A DNA stretch of 63,944 nt, filler included, from Thraustochytrium aureum (taxonomy: Eukaryota), in assembly GCA_012862495.1 (NCBI GenBank). It is 8 parts of 4 records of this genome, joined end to end, with 100 filler letters (N's around TTAATTAATTAA, not from the genome) between each part and the next. Parts side by side here need not be neighbours in the genome. Positions count along the whole stretch, not along the records: positions 44,097 to 57,604 come from BLSG01000332.1; 7 more parts are not named here. The stretch is one strand, 5' to 3'. The position numbers were made by a program, and so were the translations under genes. Of this stretch, positions 45,670 through 56,613 are shown piece after piece. Numbering within the stretch: the first letter of the stretch is position 1; each line of letters opens with the position of its first letter. The notes beneath the pieces are model-generated. The model saw only the letters and a program-made list of their open reading frames with translations. It searched no databases and was not told the DNA's origin.

Positions 45670-46860
45670 TCAGGCGCCTACCATAGCCGCCAACAGCGCC
45701 TTGATGCTGTCGTCGTCCCAGTGCATAGCGTCAAACTGCATCTGTAGTGCCGTGCACGGAGCCAAGTTGACGACGGCTGCGTAGGCGCCGAGCAGAGTTA
45801 GCAGTGGGCGACGCGAGAACTCTCAAACAGTCTGCCTGCAACCTGTACAAGCCGGTTTTTCGTTTCTGAATGTAGACAAGCAAAACAGGCCCCTGTGTCG
45901 CCGTAGTACCCCGTTCCCGTTCCCTGGCCACCGCCACGTCATCGTGGCGGCCTCCGCTGCGCAAACCACAACTCACCGTGTTCCATGCCGCCTGGAATGT
46001 AAACCACGTCACCCGCGTTTTGCGTGCCGGCAAACAGGGCCGTCGCGTTCTTGATCGTCCAGCTCTTAGCTCCCATGAGGAGGACGTTCACCGCGTCTGT
46101 GTGCTTGTGGAAGCCGATCGAATCACCGCGAGGTCCAACCAGGAGGCCACCGTGCGTGACGGGAACGCGGCCGCGGATGAATTGGGGCACCACGANNNNN
46201 NNNNNNNNNNNNNNNNNNNNNNNNNNNNNNNNNNNNNNNNNNNNNNNNNNNNNNNNNNNNNNNNNNNNNNNNNNNNNNNNNNNNNNNNNNNNNNNNNNNN
46301 NNNNNNNNNNNNNNNNNNNNNNNNNNNNNNNNNNNNNNNNNNNNNNNNNNNNNNNNNNNNNNNNNNNNNNNNNNNNNNNNNNNNNNNNNNNNNNNNNNNN
46401 NNNNNNNNNNNNNNNNNNNNNNNNNNNNNNNNNNNNNNNNNAGGTTGCCGTACTGGAAGACAACTTGCTGCTCTTGCGATTGCGCCAGGACCTGCTCACG
46501 CCGGCACGAGCGCGCCGCTCCGCCAGCCGCAGCCGGCGCTTGGAAAGCCTCGAGCACCTCCCCAAGCACCGCGCTCTTGTCTGGGTACGGTCCCCGCCCC
46601 ACCCTCACGACGGCGTCGCCAATGTCCCTGGCAAGCGCCTCCCAGGAGCCCCATCGCGCCGCGGTTTCGCGCCAGGCAGGGTCGGCGAGCAGCGCGCCGC
46701 GCACGACAACGGGGATCCCCGGGTCGAGGTACTCGGCGTGGAATCGCTCCGCAGTCAGGCCTGCCGCCTCCACTTGCGCAACAAGCTGCCCGCGCTGTGC
46801 ACGCGCCGCCGTCGCGGCCGCAGCCGCTGCGCCGAGCAGCAGCGCAGCAACGGCGCCCAT
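45670..46860 (-). CDS. JmjC/cupin-8 domain protein (JMJD8-like, HxH) with signal peptide; last exon 45776-45670; gap 46196-46441
   Basis: FHAEYLDPGIPVVVRG, GPRGDSIGFHKHTDAVN...GAKSW, QNAGDVVYIPGGMEH|AVVNL after splicing. Confidence 0.85.
45777..45976 (-). other. 200-nt GT-AG spliceosomal intron (phase 1)
   Basis: Donor G|GTGAGT, branch TGCTAAC (45803-45797), acceptor TACGCAG; splicing restores the JmjC H-A-V-V-N-L motif and an in-frame stop. Confidence 0.88.
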
Positions 46861-47072
46861 GGACACCGAGCGTGGCAGGTCTGCACGCACGTACGCACGC
46901 ACGCACTCGAGGACGACAACGACGACGACAACGTCGACGGCAACGACGACGGGCACACTGCCAAGGACGGACGCTTTGTGGTTGTTAAGGGGCTACTGGC
47001 TATCAAGCGAGCCGCCGCGTGGGGCTCTCTAGCTAGCTAGCTATAGCTCGAGTCGGCCGGCCCAGGAGAAGC

Positions 47073-48819
47073 CTACTCGTCCGTGACGCACCCGTGCGAG
47101 GCTGACTTGACGTTGCGGAGAAACTTGTAGAGCGTGCCGCTGGTGACCTTGAGCGGCGGGGCCTTGAACGCGGCCTTGCGCTTGGCCAGCTCCTCGTCCG
47201 AGATGAGCACGTCCATCACCTTTTGGTTGACGTCGATGTTGACCATGTCGCCGTTCTGCACGAGCGCGATGGGGCCGCCGAGCTGGGCCTCAGGCGAGAC
47301 ATGGCCAATCACAAAGCCGTGCGAGCCGCCCGAGAAGCGGCCGTCCGTGATCATGGCCACATCGTTGCCGAGGCCGGCGCCCATGATGGCAGACGTCGGC
47401 GTAAGCATCTCAGGGAGGCCAGGCCCGCCGGTGGGGCCCTGGTAGCGAATGAAAATGACGTGGCCCTTCTTGATCTCGCCGGCCTCGAGGCCGCGCAGCA
47501 TGTCCTGCTCGTCGTCGTAGCAGATGGCGGGGCCCTTGAAGGCCATGCCCTCCTTGCCAGTGATCTTGGCCACCGAGCCCTCGGGCGCCAGGTTGCCGTA
47601 GAGAATGTTGAGGTGGCCCGTCGCCTTGATGGGCTTCTCGACCGGGACGATGACTTCCTGGCCCTCTTTGAGCCCGGGCAGATTGGCGAGGTTCTCCTCC
47701 ATGGTCTTGCCCGTCACGGTCATGCACGAGCCGTCGATCATGCCCTTCTCAAGCAGGTACTTTAGCACCGCGGGCGTGCCGCCGACTTTGTGCACGTCCT
47801 CCATCACGAAACGGCCGCTGGGCTTGAGGTCGGCAATAAAGGGGATCTTGTCCGAGATGGTCTGGAAGGTGTCCAAGCTGACGTCCACGCCCACGGTGCG
47901 CGCCATCGCGATCAGGTGAAGCACGGCGTTCGTGCTGCCGCCGAGCGCCATCACCGACACGATCGCGTTCTCAAAGGCAGCCTTGGTCATGATGTCGCGC
48001 GGCTTGATGTCACGCTCGAGCAGGTTGCGAAGCGGGCCGCCGACCGTGGCGCACTCGAGCTTCTTCTCCTCCGAGTCGGCGGGCGACGACGAGCTGTACG
48101 GGAGCGACATGCCCATGGCTTCGATCGCGGTCGCCATCGTGTTGGCGGTGTACATGCCACCGCATGCGCCAGCCCCGGGGCATGCGTGCCGCACAATGTC
48201 CTGGCGCTCCGATTCGTCGATCTTGCCAGTGATGAACTCGCCGTACGACTGGAAAGCGTTGACGATGTCGCACGTGCCAAACTTGCTGCGACCGGCGCGG
48301 ATCGTGCCACCGTAGATCATGATCGAGGGCCGATTGACGCGGCCCATGGCCATGAGGGCGCCCGGCATGTTCTTGTCGCACCCCGGAATGCTGATGTTGG
48401 CGTCGTACCACTGCGCGCACATGACCGTTTCGATCGAGTCGGCGATGAGGTCGCGCGACTGGAGCGAGTACCGCATCCCGGTGGTGCCCATCGAGATGCC
48501 GTCCGAGACGCCGATCGTGTTGAACTGCATGCCCACCAGGCCAGCCTCCTCCACGCTCTTTTTCACCGCGTGCGACATGTCGAGCAGGTGCATGTTGCAG
48601 GGGTTGCCGGACCACCACATCGAGGCGATGCCGACCTGGGCCTTCTTCATCCCCTCATCGTCCAGCCCGGTCGCGTACAGCATGGCCTGCGACGCTCCCT
48701 GCGACTTTGGCTCGGTAACGTTCGCGCTCACCTTGTTCAACTTGCGCTCGCCCGTCCCAGCTTGAGTGGAGGACAACAGCCTCGCCCAGCGCCGGGCCGG
48801 GGCCGCCTTGCCCGACGCA
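47073..48819 (-). CDS. ILV3: Dihydroxy-acid dehydratase, probably mitochondrial; start in gap
   Basis: [58 protein letters not shown]; Arg-rich presequence-like RRWARLLSS. Confidence 0.98.
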
Positions 48820-49032
48820 NNNNNNNNNNNNNNNNNNNNNNNNNNNNNNNNNNNNNNNNNNNNNNNNNNNNNNNNNNNNNNNNNNNNNNNNNNNNNNNNN
48901 NNNNNNNNNNNNNNNNNNNNNNNNNNNNNNNNNNNNNNNNNNNNNNNNNNNNNNNNNGCGCGGCGCGGGAGGCGGCCTCGCGCGCGCTCCTGGCTCGCGG
49001 CCCTGGGCTCGCTGGCCGCCCGCTCGGGTTGG

Positions 49033-51039
49033 ATGGCCGAATGGGGCCGAGCTCGCGCCGACAGAATGTCGCAGGCGGTCGAGGCCGTGGCCAACGCCTG
49101 CCGCGCAGTGGCCCTTGGCGCGAGTAGCGCTGCGCGAAGCGCTGTGGTTGGGGACAGGGTGTGGGAGGTTGCGGCTCGATCTGTGGCGCTGCTGGCGGTG
49201 GCCGCCGCGGTCGGCGCGGCGTGGTGGGCAAGGCGGGTCGCCAAGGCGGTCAAGGCCAAGGAGACCATACGCGTGCTGCGGTCCAGCGTGCGCGCGGCGG
49301 CCCAGGGGGAAACAAAGGACAGGACTCTCGTGGGCGACGATCACTCGCTCTACGCTCTCGACGTTACGACGCGCACGTGGGCCGACTTTCTGCGCCTCGA
49401 CAGCGCCGAGGTGGCCAAACGCGAGGCAGGGACGGGAGGCAACATCCGTTTTGTATCGCTGCGCGACTATCTCAACTCTATCTCGGTGCCTGGCGGCGTA
49501 AACCTCAGGCGCGTCGTGGTGACGGCGCTGGGCAGGGTGGGCGCCGATCTAGCCATGCCCTTTCTGGGGCACATCCCGCAGATCGCCTCGCGCCGCGACG
49601 TGGGCATGGACCCGCTCATCACCAAGGCGGCCGCCATCGCGCTGCAGAACGTCGTCTCGCCAGTGACCATCTCGGCGCTTTCGATGACCATGCACAGGAC
49701 CGCGCAGCGCCTTGTGTTCGACCGGTACGACCCGGTAGCAGACATGAGGAACGGCGTGGACGGCTCTGCGTGGAAGCCCGTCTTTGCCGGCAACGCGGTG
49801 CCGTGCCCGTTCGTCCTGCACCGCCACTTTGCGCCGCTCGTGGAGCGCGCGTTGGCCCATTTGCGTGCCGCGCCGCCCGACGTTGACGCCTTCGACCCGA
49901 TCGACGAGCACCTGCTGCCCGGCCTAGGTTGGGGCTCGCCCGGGGTCGGGTACCGGGAGAGCGAGGTGGAGCAAGCGCGCTCACGCGTGCTCGCCGTCCT
50001 CTTCAACAGGCTCGCGGCCAACGAGATTCCTCGCGCCGCCCCTGCACGTGACGAGACCGGGCGATTCACCGTAATCGTGCAGGTCGCGGCAGCGGGCGGC
50101 ACTCTGCAGGAGGTTGCCGTCTCGGCCCCGCACGAGCTCTTGCGCGCGCTGACTCGCGGTGGGCGTCACAAGGCCCGTGCGGGCATCCGCTCGCTTTTGA
50201 CTTCGTTCGGGCGCTCGATGGCCGTTCGCGACCTGGATGGGTCGGTCTACCAAATCCCCTTGGCGATCCCGATGCGCACCGGGCTGACCGCTGTGGACGG
50301 GAGCGACATCGTGGCCCCAATGAGCCACGCTGGCGTCCCCGTCTCGATCGAGGGGCCGCTGTTTGGCGAGGGTAGCGTCACGGTGGAGTGCTACCAGAAC
50401 GTCGGCTCGTTCACTGGCTGGCACCCCGACGTTTGGCGCGACTGGGCGTGGCACATTGGGGCCGAGTGCTGGCACGACCACGCCCCTGACGGCTCAGAAA
50501 CGCAGTGGACCGAGGCGCAGAGCTTGGAGCTCGTGCGTAGCGCGTCCCTCATGTCAGTTCTCTCTAACGTTGCGGCAAACGAGAGTGGCTTGGCCCTCGG
50601 CGGGTATGGGTTCTTCGGGGTTTGCCTTGACAGCGTAGCCGTGCTCGAGTTTGCGGTGACGAAGCGAACGAGCATCTTCCCTCTTCTCCTCAGCGGGCAG
50701 GCGCGCACTCTGCTCCTCGCGGTTGCGCAGCGTATGCAGGGGGCTCTCGAGGCCAGCGGCGACCTTGAGGCCGCTGCCACAGTGACCAACATCGTCCGGG
50801 CTGTCGTCAACCTCGCCACGGACATTGACATCCCGCCCAAGGACGTTGTCTCGGCATGTGAGCGCCTTGTTGCCTCGCTCCCGCACCACTCGCTGTTCCG
50901 GCTCGTCGAGACCAGCCGCCGCCAAGCGCTCGAGCTCATCGACCACATGAAAACGGTGTACTACGACCAGAAGGACGAGCTAAAGCAGCCGTGCGCCTGC
51001 GCAGCAGCCGGCCGTTCTGTAGGTGAAACTGTAGAGTAG
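49033..51039 (+). CDS. Uncharacterised protein (about 670 aa) with N-terminal TM anchor
   Basis: Long intact ORF with strong GC3 bias; globular composition; motif GGYGFFGVCLDSVAVLE. Confidence 0.8.
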   Translation: MAEWGRARADRMSQAVEAVANACRAVALGASSAARSAVVGDRVWEVAARSVALLAVAAAVGAAWWARRVAKAVKAKETIRVLRSSVRAAAQGETKDRTLVGDDHSLYALDVTTRTWADFLRLDSAEVAKREAGTGGNIRFVSLRDYLNSISVPGGVNLRRVVVTALGRVGADLAMPFLGHIPQIASRRDVGMDPLITKAAAIALQNVVSPVTISALSMTMHRTAQRLVFDRYDPVADMRNGVDGSAWKPVFAGNAVPCPFVLHRHFAPLVERALAHLRAAPPDVDAFDPIDEHLLPGLGWGSPGVGYRESEVEQARSRVLAVLFNRLAANEIPRAAPARDETGRFTVIVQVAAAGGTLQEVAVSAPHELLRALTRGGRHKARAGIRSLLTSFGRSMAVRDLDGSVYQIPLAIPMRTGLTAVDGSDIVAPMSHAGVPVSIEGPLFGEGSVTVECYQNVGSFTGWHPDVWRDWAWHIGAECWHDHAPDGSETQWTEAQSLELVRSASLMSVLSNVAANESGLALGGYGFFGVCLDSVAVLEFAVTKRTSIFPLLLSGQARTLLLAVAQRMQGALEASGDLEAAATVTNIVRAVVNLATDIDIPPKDVVSACERLVASLPHHSLFRLVETSRRQALELIDHMKTVYYDQKDELKQPCACAAAGRSVGETVE

Positions 51040-51605
51040 AAGCAACTGAACAGGCGCGCCAAGCGTGGTTGGGAAGGGGGTCGAGGCCCGTGGAGCCGGG
51101 TCCGAGCAAGCCGCTTTGCTTCGAATGTAGATACCGGTACAGCATGCCAAGACGATCAAAACGGGTCAAACGGGCAGGTTGAGGTTGTAGTTTAAGGTGC
51201 CGCCTCGGCATTTCTGCGCTGGGACGGCTCTTTGGAAGTCCAGCACGACGACCTCAACTCATTCCTGCCAGTGGCGGCAGCATTGACGGCAGCGAGAGCA
51301 TCTGCCAGGGCTGCATAAGTGAGTAGGTAGAGTACTGAGTAGGGTACAGTACTCGTCATCTTGATCTTGAAATCAAAAACGAACATTTCAATTTCCTGCG
51401 CGGAAGTCAAGGCGCAAGGATCTTATGTTTGCTGTTCAGTGTACTCTACCTACCGTAGTGCACTTGATTGTTCGATCGCGAGGATGGCCGCTGCGAGGCC
51501 GGCGCAGAGCGCAGTGGCACCAAAACGTGCGAGCAGAAGCACGAAGACATTCCAACCTGAGCGACTCGGCCTACCCTGGCTCAAAGGCGTTTCTCTGGCG
51601 CACCC

Positions 51606-53196
51606 ATGGTGCGCGAGGCGGTTCGTCGGCGCAAACCTGCACACGAGACAGAAGCCGCAGAGGTCGCCGCGCGAACAACCTGGCAAGCCACCGGTAGGGG
51701 TCTGCGGCTTCTCCTGCTCGCGGTCGCGTTCGCCGCACCTCCAAGTCTGGGGCTTCGAGTCCGTGCTATGCGGCGAGTCTTCGAAAGCTTCGAGGGGCCG
51801 AGCCCCTGGTACGGCAGAGCTGCGCCTCCACGGACCCAAGCCAGTGCAGTTGCGACAGCGCAACGCGTCTTGCTTGCGAAAGTGTGACAGCTACGACAAC
51901 TTGATTGCACTCAACATCTTGAGCGCTGGGGCAGGCGACATCAGATGGGCGCTCAAGATGGCATCCAACCTCGGGGGTTATCTCTGTGCCAAGGTGGTCA
52001 TAGGGACCCCGTGGGAGCTCCGTCAATCCTAATTCACNNNNNNNNNNNNNNNNNNNNNNNNNNNNNNNNNNNNNNNNNNNNNNNNNNNNNNNNNNNNNNN
52101 NNNNNNNNNNNNNNNNNNNNNNNNNNNNNNNNNNNNNNNNNNNNNNNNNNNNNNNNNNNNNNNNNNNNNNNNNNNNNNNNNNNNNNNNNNNNNNNNNNNN
52201 NNNNNNNNNNNNNNNNNNNNNNNNNNNNNNNNNNNNNNNNNNNNNNNNNNNNNNNNNNNNNNNNNNNNNNNNNNNNNNNNNNNNNNNNNNNNNNNNNNNN
52301 NNNNNNNNNNNNNNNNGTGGGAGCTCCTCAATCCTATTCACAACCACGGCGAACCCGTCTCGCAAGGTTTGCAGTGGGACGACCTGTTTTGGACCTCGTT
52401 CAAGCACCCTGCGCCGCAAGTGCCGTACGTGTTGGGCATGGAGGGGGCTCCGTACTCGAGCCCAGTGCTTGCCGAGCAAAATTTTACTGTCATCGACACT
52501 GACTCTGCTCGAGCAGTGGTCGAGGACTTCAAAACGGCAGAGGCTCTCTCCTTGAACGGCACCAAGTTTTTGTGGCGATTCAGGTGGCGTATTTATGCGT
52601 ACAGCAAAGCGTTGTCGCAGTTTTGTGTACAGCGAGCCGCAAACCACATTGGTAGCGGTCCAAGCCCGATGCCGAGGGTAGACTTGTCGGAAAAGCGACT
52701 CTGCGAGTACACCAGCGACGGCGTTTCTTGGAAAATCGAAAAGATGCAAGCCCGGGTCGCTGAAAAGGTCAAAGCCGCAGCAAGCCGGAACGCCCGCCGG
52801 ATCTTCATCCACGTTCGCCGAGGTGACGCGAAAGGCGAGTGCGACACGAGTTTGCCGAAAATGTCGAAACGCTTCAATTGCTCGCTCAGCGGGTGCTCAC
52901 CAGAGTCCACAGTTGCCATAGTGTTTTCCGACGAGACCGACCCGGAATACAGACGGGCCATTGAAGACCAGCTGAGGCCCTACGCCCGGTTTCTTGATGG
53001 GGACGGAATCGTGTCTGAGGCCTTGCGTGAGTTTGGTGACCCAAACCTTGCGAACAACCACGTCGCGTATATCGTGGGCAATATTGTGGAGCGGGAATCT
53101 CAGGGGCACATGCATATGCGCCGCGCGATCTCGTGCCAAGACTGCTACGAGGTCGCCGCATGTCGCCCACAGTCAAACACCGCCAATAGTACTTGA
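51606..53196 (+). CDS. Putative GDP-fucose-dependent fucosyltransferase-like (GT-B) type II membrane protein; false gap 52038-52316; start uncertain
   Basis: IFIHVRRGD (motif I of GT11/GT23/POFUT) and IVFSDETD (motif II); AGAGD near the N-terminal domain; hydrophobic LLLLAVAFA in the 51606 frame. Confidence 0.62.
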
Positions 53197-53726
53197 GCGC
53201 CTTCAAATCCTTCGCAGAGCTGTTCTGGCTTGGAGACCGTAGCACTTGGCAGAAGCACGTTGCTGGGTGCGTTGCGCGATGCATCTTGACCAAGAGTTCG
53301 AATCGCCTGCAGTGGCGGCGTTCTTGTGCGACGCATCCGCCGAGACCGCGACGAGCCGGAGTCCTCGCACACCAAGCGCTCCATTCGTACTCCCCTACTC
53401 TACCCGCATGTTGTCGAGCACTGCACTCGGAAGAAGAGGAGTCCGCGCCTCCGCACGGTAAACTCGAGGTTTTGCAAGGCTCCCACGTGCAAGCCTCGGC
53501 CACTTGAGCCACCCACCCGCCCAGGGCAAGCCAATTGGTACAGACTAAATCGCGTCCGCGGCCCGTCCTCGAGGCCCCAGGACGACTCGCTGATGGCCAT
53601 CAGCGCGTGCTGTGCGCGTCAAGCGGCGGCAGCAGCAGCAACGAGGTGAGCTTTTGGGACACGCCGGATCCGAAAACGCGGCAGACGCGCCTCGCGGTGC
53701 GGCGCGCGGGCGCGGCCAGCGAAGCC

Positions 53727-55235
53727 ATGGAGGCTGGCGCAGGTGGCGAAGCGCGGCTGCCTGCACCTGGCGGTGGCGCTCCGGCCGCCTGCGTAGGAGG
53801 CGGCTCGCAGAACGAGGGGGGCCGCGATGGGGCCAGCGTTTTGGCGGGGTTTTCGTGTGCGTATCCTGTGCTAGGCACGCGGACGGAGATGCTGGCAGCG
53901 CTCAAGGCGCGCGGAATGGTGCCGCGGGTGGCGCGCATGGCGTCCTGCGTGCTGCAATGGGCTCCGTTCTCAAGCATAAGGTGGGGCAGGGCGACCGAGC
54001 AGACGCTGGTGGTCTCCTCGTACCTGGCGCACTCCGGGCTCGCGGACAAGGCNNNNNNNNNNNNNNNNNNNNNNNNNNNNNNNNNNNNNNNNNNNNNNNN
54101 NNNNNNNNNNNNNNNNNNNNNNNNNNNNNNNNNNNNNNNNNNNNNNNNNNNNNNNNNNNNNNNNNNNNNNNNNNNNNNNNNNNNNNNNNNNNNNNNNNNN
54201 NNNNNNNNNNNNNCTTCGGCTCGGAGCGAGCCGCAGGACGACCTTGCGTTGGAACTCGCGCTGGGCCAAATCCTGCTGCCGTTCTACGTCCTGCGATGGA
54301 ACGAGACGCGCGACGCCTTGGTGGACGCAAGAGACGGCAGGACCGTCCTTGAGCTGGCGCTGCCCGCATCGGCGTCGTGGGTCCTCAAGGCGGCGACAAG
54401 CAACAACGCCGCGCGCGTCTACTTTGAGACCGGGGCGTCGCTAGAGCGGCGCGTGGCGGCGCTCGAGCCGGTGGAGCCCAGCGAGCGCTGGTTGCTGCAA
54501 GGCCACGTCGACAAGCCGCTGCTGTACCAAGGGCGCAAGTTTCACATTAGGTGCAACGTGCTGGCGGTGGGCCGCCTGGCGGTCTTTGCGCACCGCAGCT
54601 GCGTGCTGCACGTCGCGTGCGAGCCGTTCCGCGCGGGCGAGTGGTCCAACCGCTACGTGCACGTCACAAACCATGTGGCCCAGTCCCGGCACGCCACCTA
54701 CGACCCCAGCGTCAACCAGATCACGCTGGAGCAGCTCGGGGCGCAGCTCCTCGCCGACCGCGGCGTTGAGGGGGCCGCGGGCCGCTTGTGGCAGAGCCTC
54801 CGTCGCGCTGTGGCCGCGGTGTTCCGCGCGGTAGTCGCGCAAGGCTCGCCGGCGGACTTGTTCTTGACCGAGGACTCGTTCGAGCTCTTCGGCTTTGACT
54901 TTCTCGTCCAAGATGACGCGGCGCTCTCTCTCAGGCTGCTCGAGGTCAACTCGGGCCCGGCGCTCGAAGGGCACGAGGCGATGCGCTCGGCAGTGTGCCG
55001 TCAGGTCGTTCGCGACACGGTCAGCGTCATCACTCGCGGGTGGGTTGGCAACGGGGGCGAGCTTGTGGTGCCCTCTGCGGCTTTGAGGCCCGTTGCGGAC
55101 GGGACTGCATTCGACGAGGTCTTTGCGGCCTTTGACTGCAGTTTTCTCTCGGCCCGTTTCCGCGCGCACCTCGGCGGCCTCGCCAGCCAGCCCTCGCTAG
55201 CAGAGCTAGCTAGCTCGAGTAAGCCACTGGCGTAG
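53727..55235 (+). CDS. Tubulin-tyrosine ligase family (TTL/TTLL) ATP-grasp protein; gap 54053-54213
   Basis: [48 protein letters not shown]. Confidence 0.92.
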   Translation: MEAGAGGEARLPAPGGGAPAACVGGGSQNEGGRDGASVLAGFSCAYPVLGTRTEMLAALKARGMVPRVARMASCVLQWAPFSSIRWGRATEQTLVVSSYLAHSGLADKXXXXXXXXXXXXXXXXXXXXXXXXXXXXXXXXXXXXXXXXXXXXXXXXXXXXXXXSARSEPQDDLALELALGQILLPFYVLRWNETRDALVDARDGRTVLELALPASASWVLKAATSNNAARVYFETGASLERRVAALEPVEPSERWLLQGHVDKPLLYQGRKFHIRCNVLAVGRLAVFAHRSCVLHVACEPFRAGEWSNRYVHVTNHVAQSRHATYDPSVNQITLEQLGAQLLADRGVEGAAGRLWQSLRRAVAAVFRAVVAQGSPADLFLTEDSFELFGFDFLVQDDAALSLRLLEVNSGPALEGHEAMRSAVCRQVVRDTVSVITRGWVGNGGELVVPSAALRPVADGTAFDEVFAAFDCSFLSARFRAHLGGLASQPSLAELASSSKPLA

Positions 55236-55460
55236 AAGTAGGACGGACCTTTTCGCCGCTGCCTTTTCTCATCACCCATGCTCGCCGCCAACGCTGCATG
55301 CGGTGCACACCAGCGCTGGTGAGAATCGATCCGGGAGTTCAGGGGCCAGCACGGGCCCATCAGCCTCGACGGATCCGCAGCGCGCCAGGCTCTTTCAACG
55401 ACACCGACATCCAACGCTCGTGCACAAGCATCCAAAGCGAGCGTTGCGCGTCCAAGCGGC

Positions 55461-55560
55461 CACCCACCCACCCATCCACCCACCCATCCACCTACCCACC
55501 CACCCATCCATCTATCCATCCATCCATCGATCCATCCATCGATCGATCCATCGATCGATG
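55461..55560 (+). repeat. Compound (CCAC)n-(CCAT)n-(CGAT)n microsatellite
   Basis: Read directly. Confidence 0.9.
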
Positions 55561-55576
55561 GTCTTCAACTCGACCT

Positions 55577-55633
55577 CCAACGCGGTCTTCCACTTCACCA
55601 ACGCGGTCTTCCACTTCACCAACGCGGTCTTCA
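55577..55633 (+). repeat. 21-bp tandem repeat x2.7
   Basis: ccaacgcggtcttccacttca at 55577 and 55598; partial at 55619. Confidence 0.9.
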
Positions 55634-56325
55634 CCGTGGTCTTCGACTCCGTCACCCGTGCAAACTCGCAAAAAGCTGCAACCCAGCACACTTCCCCCTG
55701 TTCCCCTACTGCATGGTCCAACCCCGGAACCGCGCCCTCGCGGCGTGCGGATAATAGCAGAGCCGGAGAACTCGCCGAGCGCGCATGTGCATCTCCTCAC
55801 AGCAGGAGGCCGCGGCGCTTGTGAGGCGGAACCGCCCACTCGTTCGTTCCAGGCTCTTGTGCATTCGCTCAATCTCATTCGCCTCCCATCCCCTCTCTCT
55901 CTGTCCCCTCTCAAGGACGCCAACAGCTCGCTCGAGAGAGAGGGCGCGCCTCTGTTTGAGGGACCAAAAAGTGAAAAAAAAGTGAAAAAAAAGGAGATAG
56001 AGGGGACGAGGGCGAGTGGGCTGTGAGGGTGTGCATTCCGTCCATCAATCCCATCCTCCGGGGCCCCTCTCCCACGGCGCCCGCCGCCGGAGATTCGAGT
56101 GGGACTCTCGCACGGGGCGGAGAGGGGGACGGGTAAAACAGCGACGCTGCGCTCGGCTCGGCGCAGTAAAGGGCGGAATTCGAGTGGGATTTTGGCGCGA
56201 ATTGCGCGCTGCCCTCTGTGGATGCCCCCTCAGGGCCCTCGTTGCTGCGCAGTGGGTTTGGAGCTCGGTTTGTGTGAGGCGTTGTCGTGTCTTGAAAAGG
56301 TGTTGGATTGGGAGAAAGGACGAGC

Positions 56326-56361
56326 AGCAGGCGGGCAGGCAGGCAGGCAGGCAGGCAGGCA
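56326..56361 (+). repeat. (CAGG)n microsatellite
   Basis: gcaggcgggcaggcaggcaggcaggcaggcaggca, about 250 bp upstream of ATG 56614. Confidence 0.9.
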
Positions 56362-56613
56362 AGCCCTCTTTCACCCGGCGCGCAGCCAGTGGCCACGCAG
56401 GGCGAGCAGGAGCAGATCTAGCGCGAGCAGGAGGGGCAGCAGCGGCGGGCGCGCTCGGAGCGGGTGGGTTGGTCGTCGTGCGTGCGGCCGTGGTCGTGTC
56501 GAAGGCGCCGCCGACTGCAGCGCCTCCGGAAGGCGCCGCGCCCGCGCTGGTGTCACGGACGCAGTGCGTCGGGGCCGAGCGCGCAGTGGCCTGCGCCGTC
56601 GCGCCCGTGGAAG

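Noticed and set aside
53290..53310. GTTCGAATC T-loop-like motifs (similar at about 35553 and 43182) as tRNA genes
   Set aside because: No T-stem pairing or cloverleaf can be built around them.
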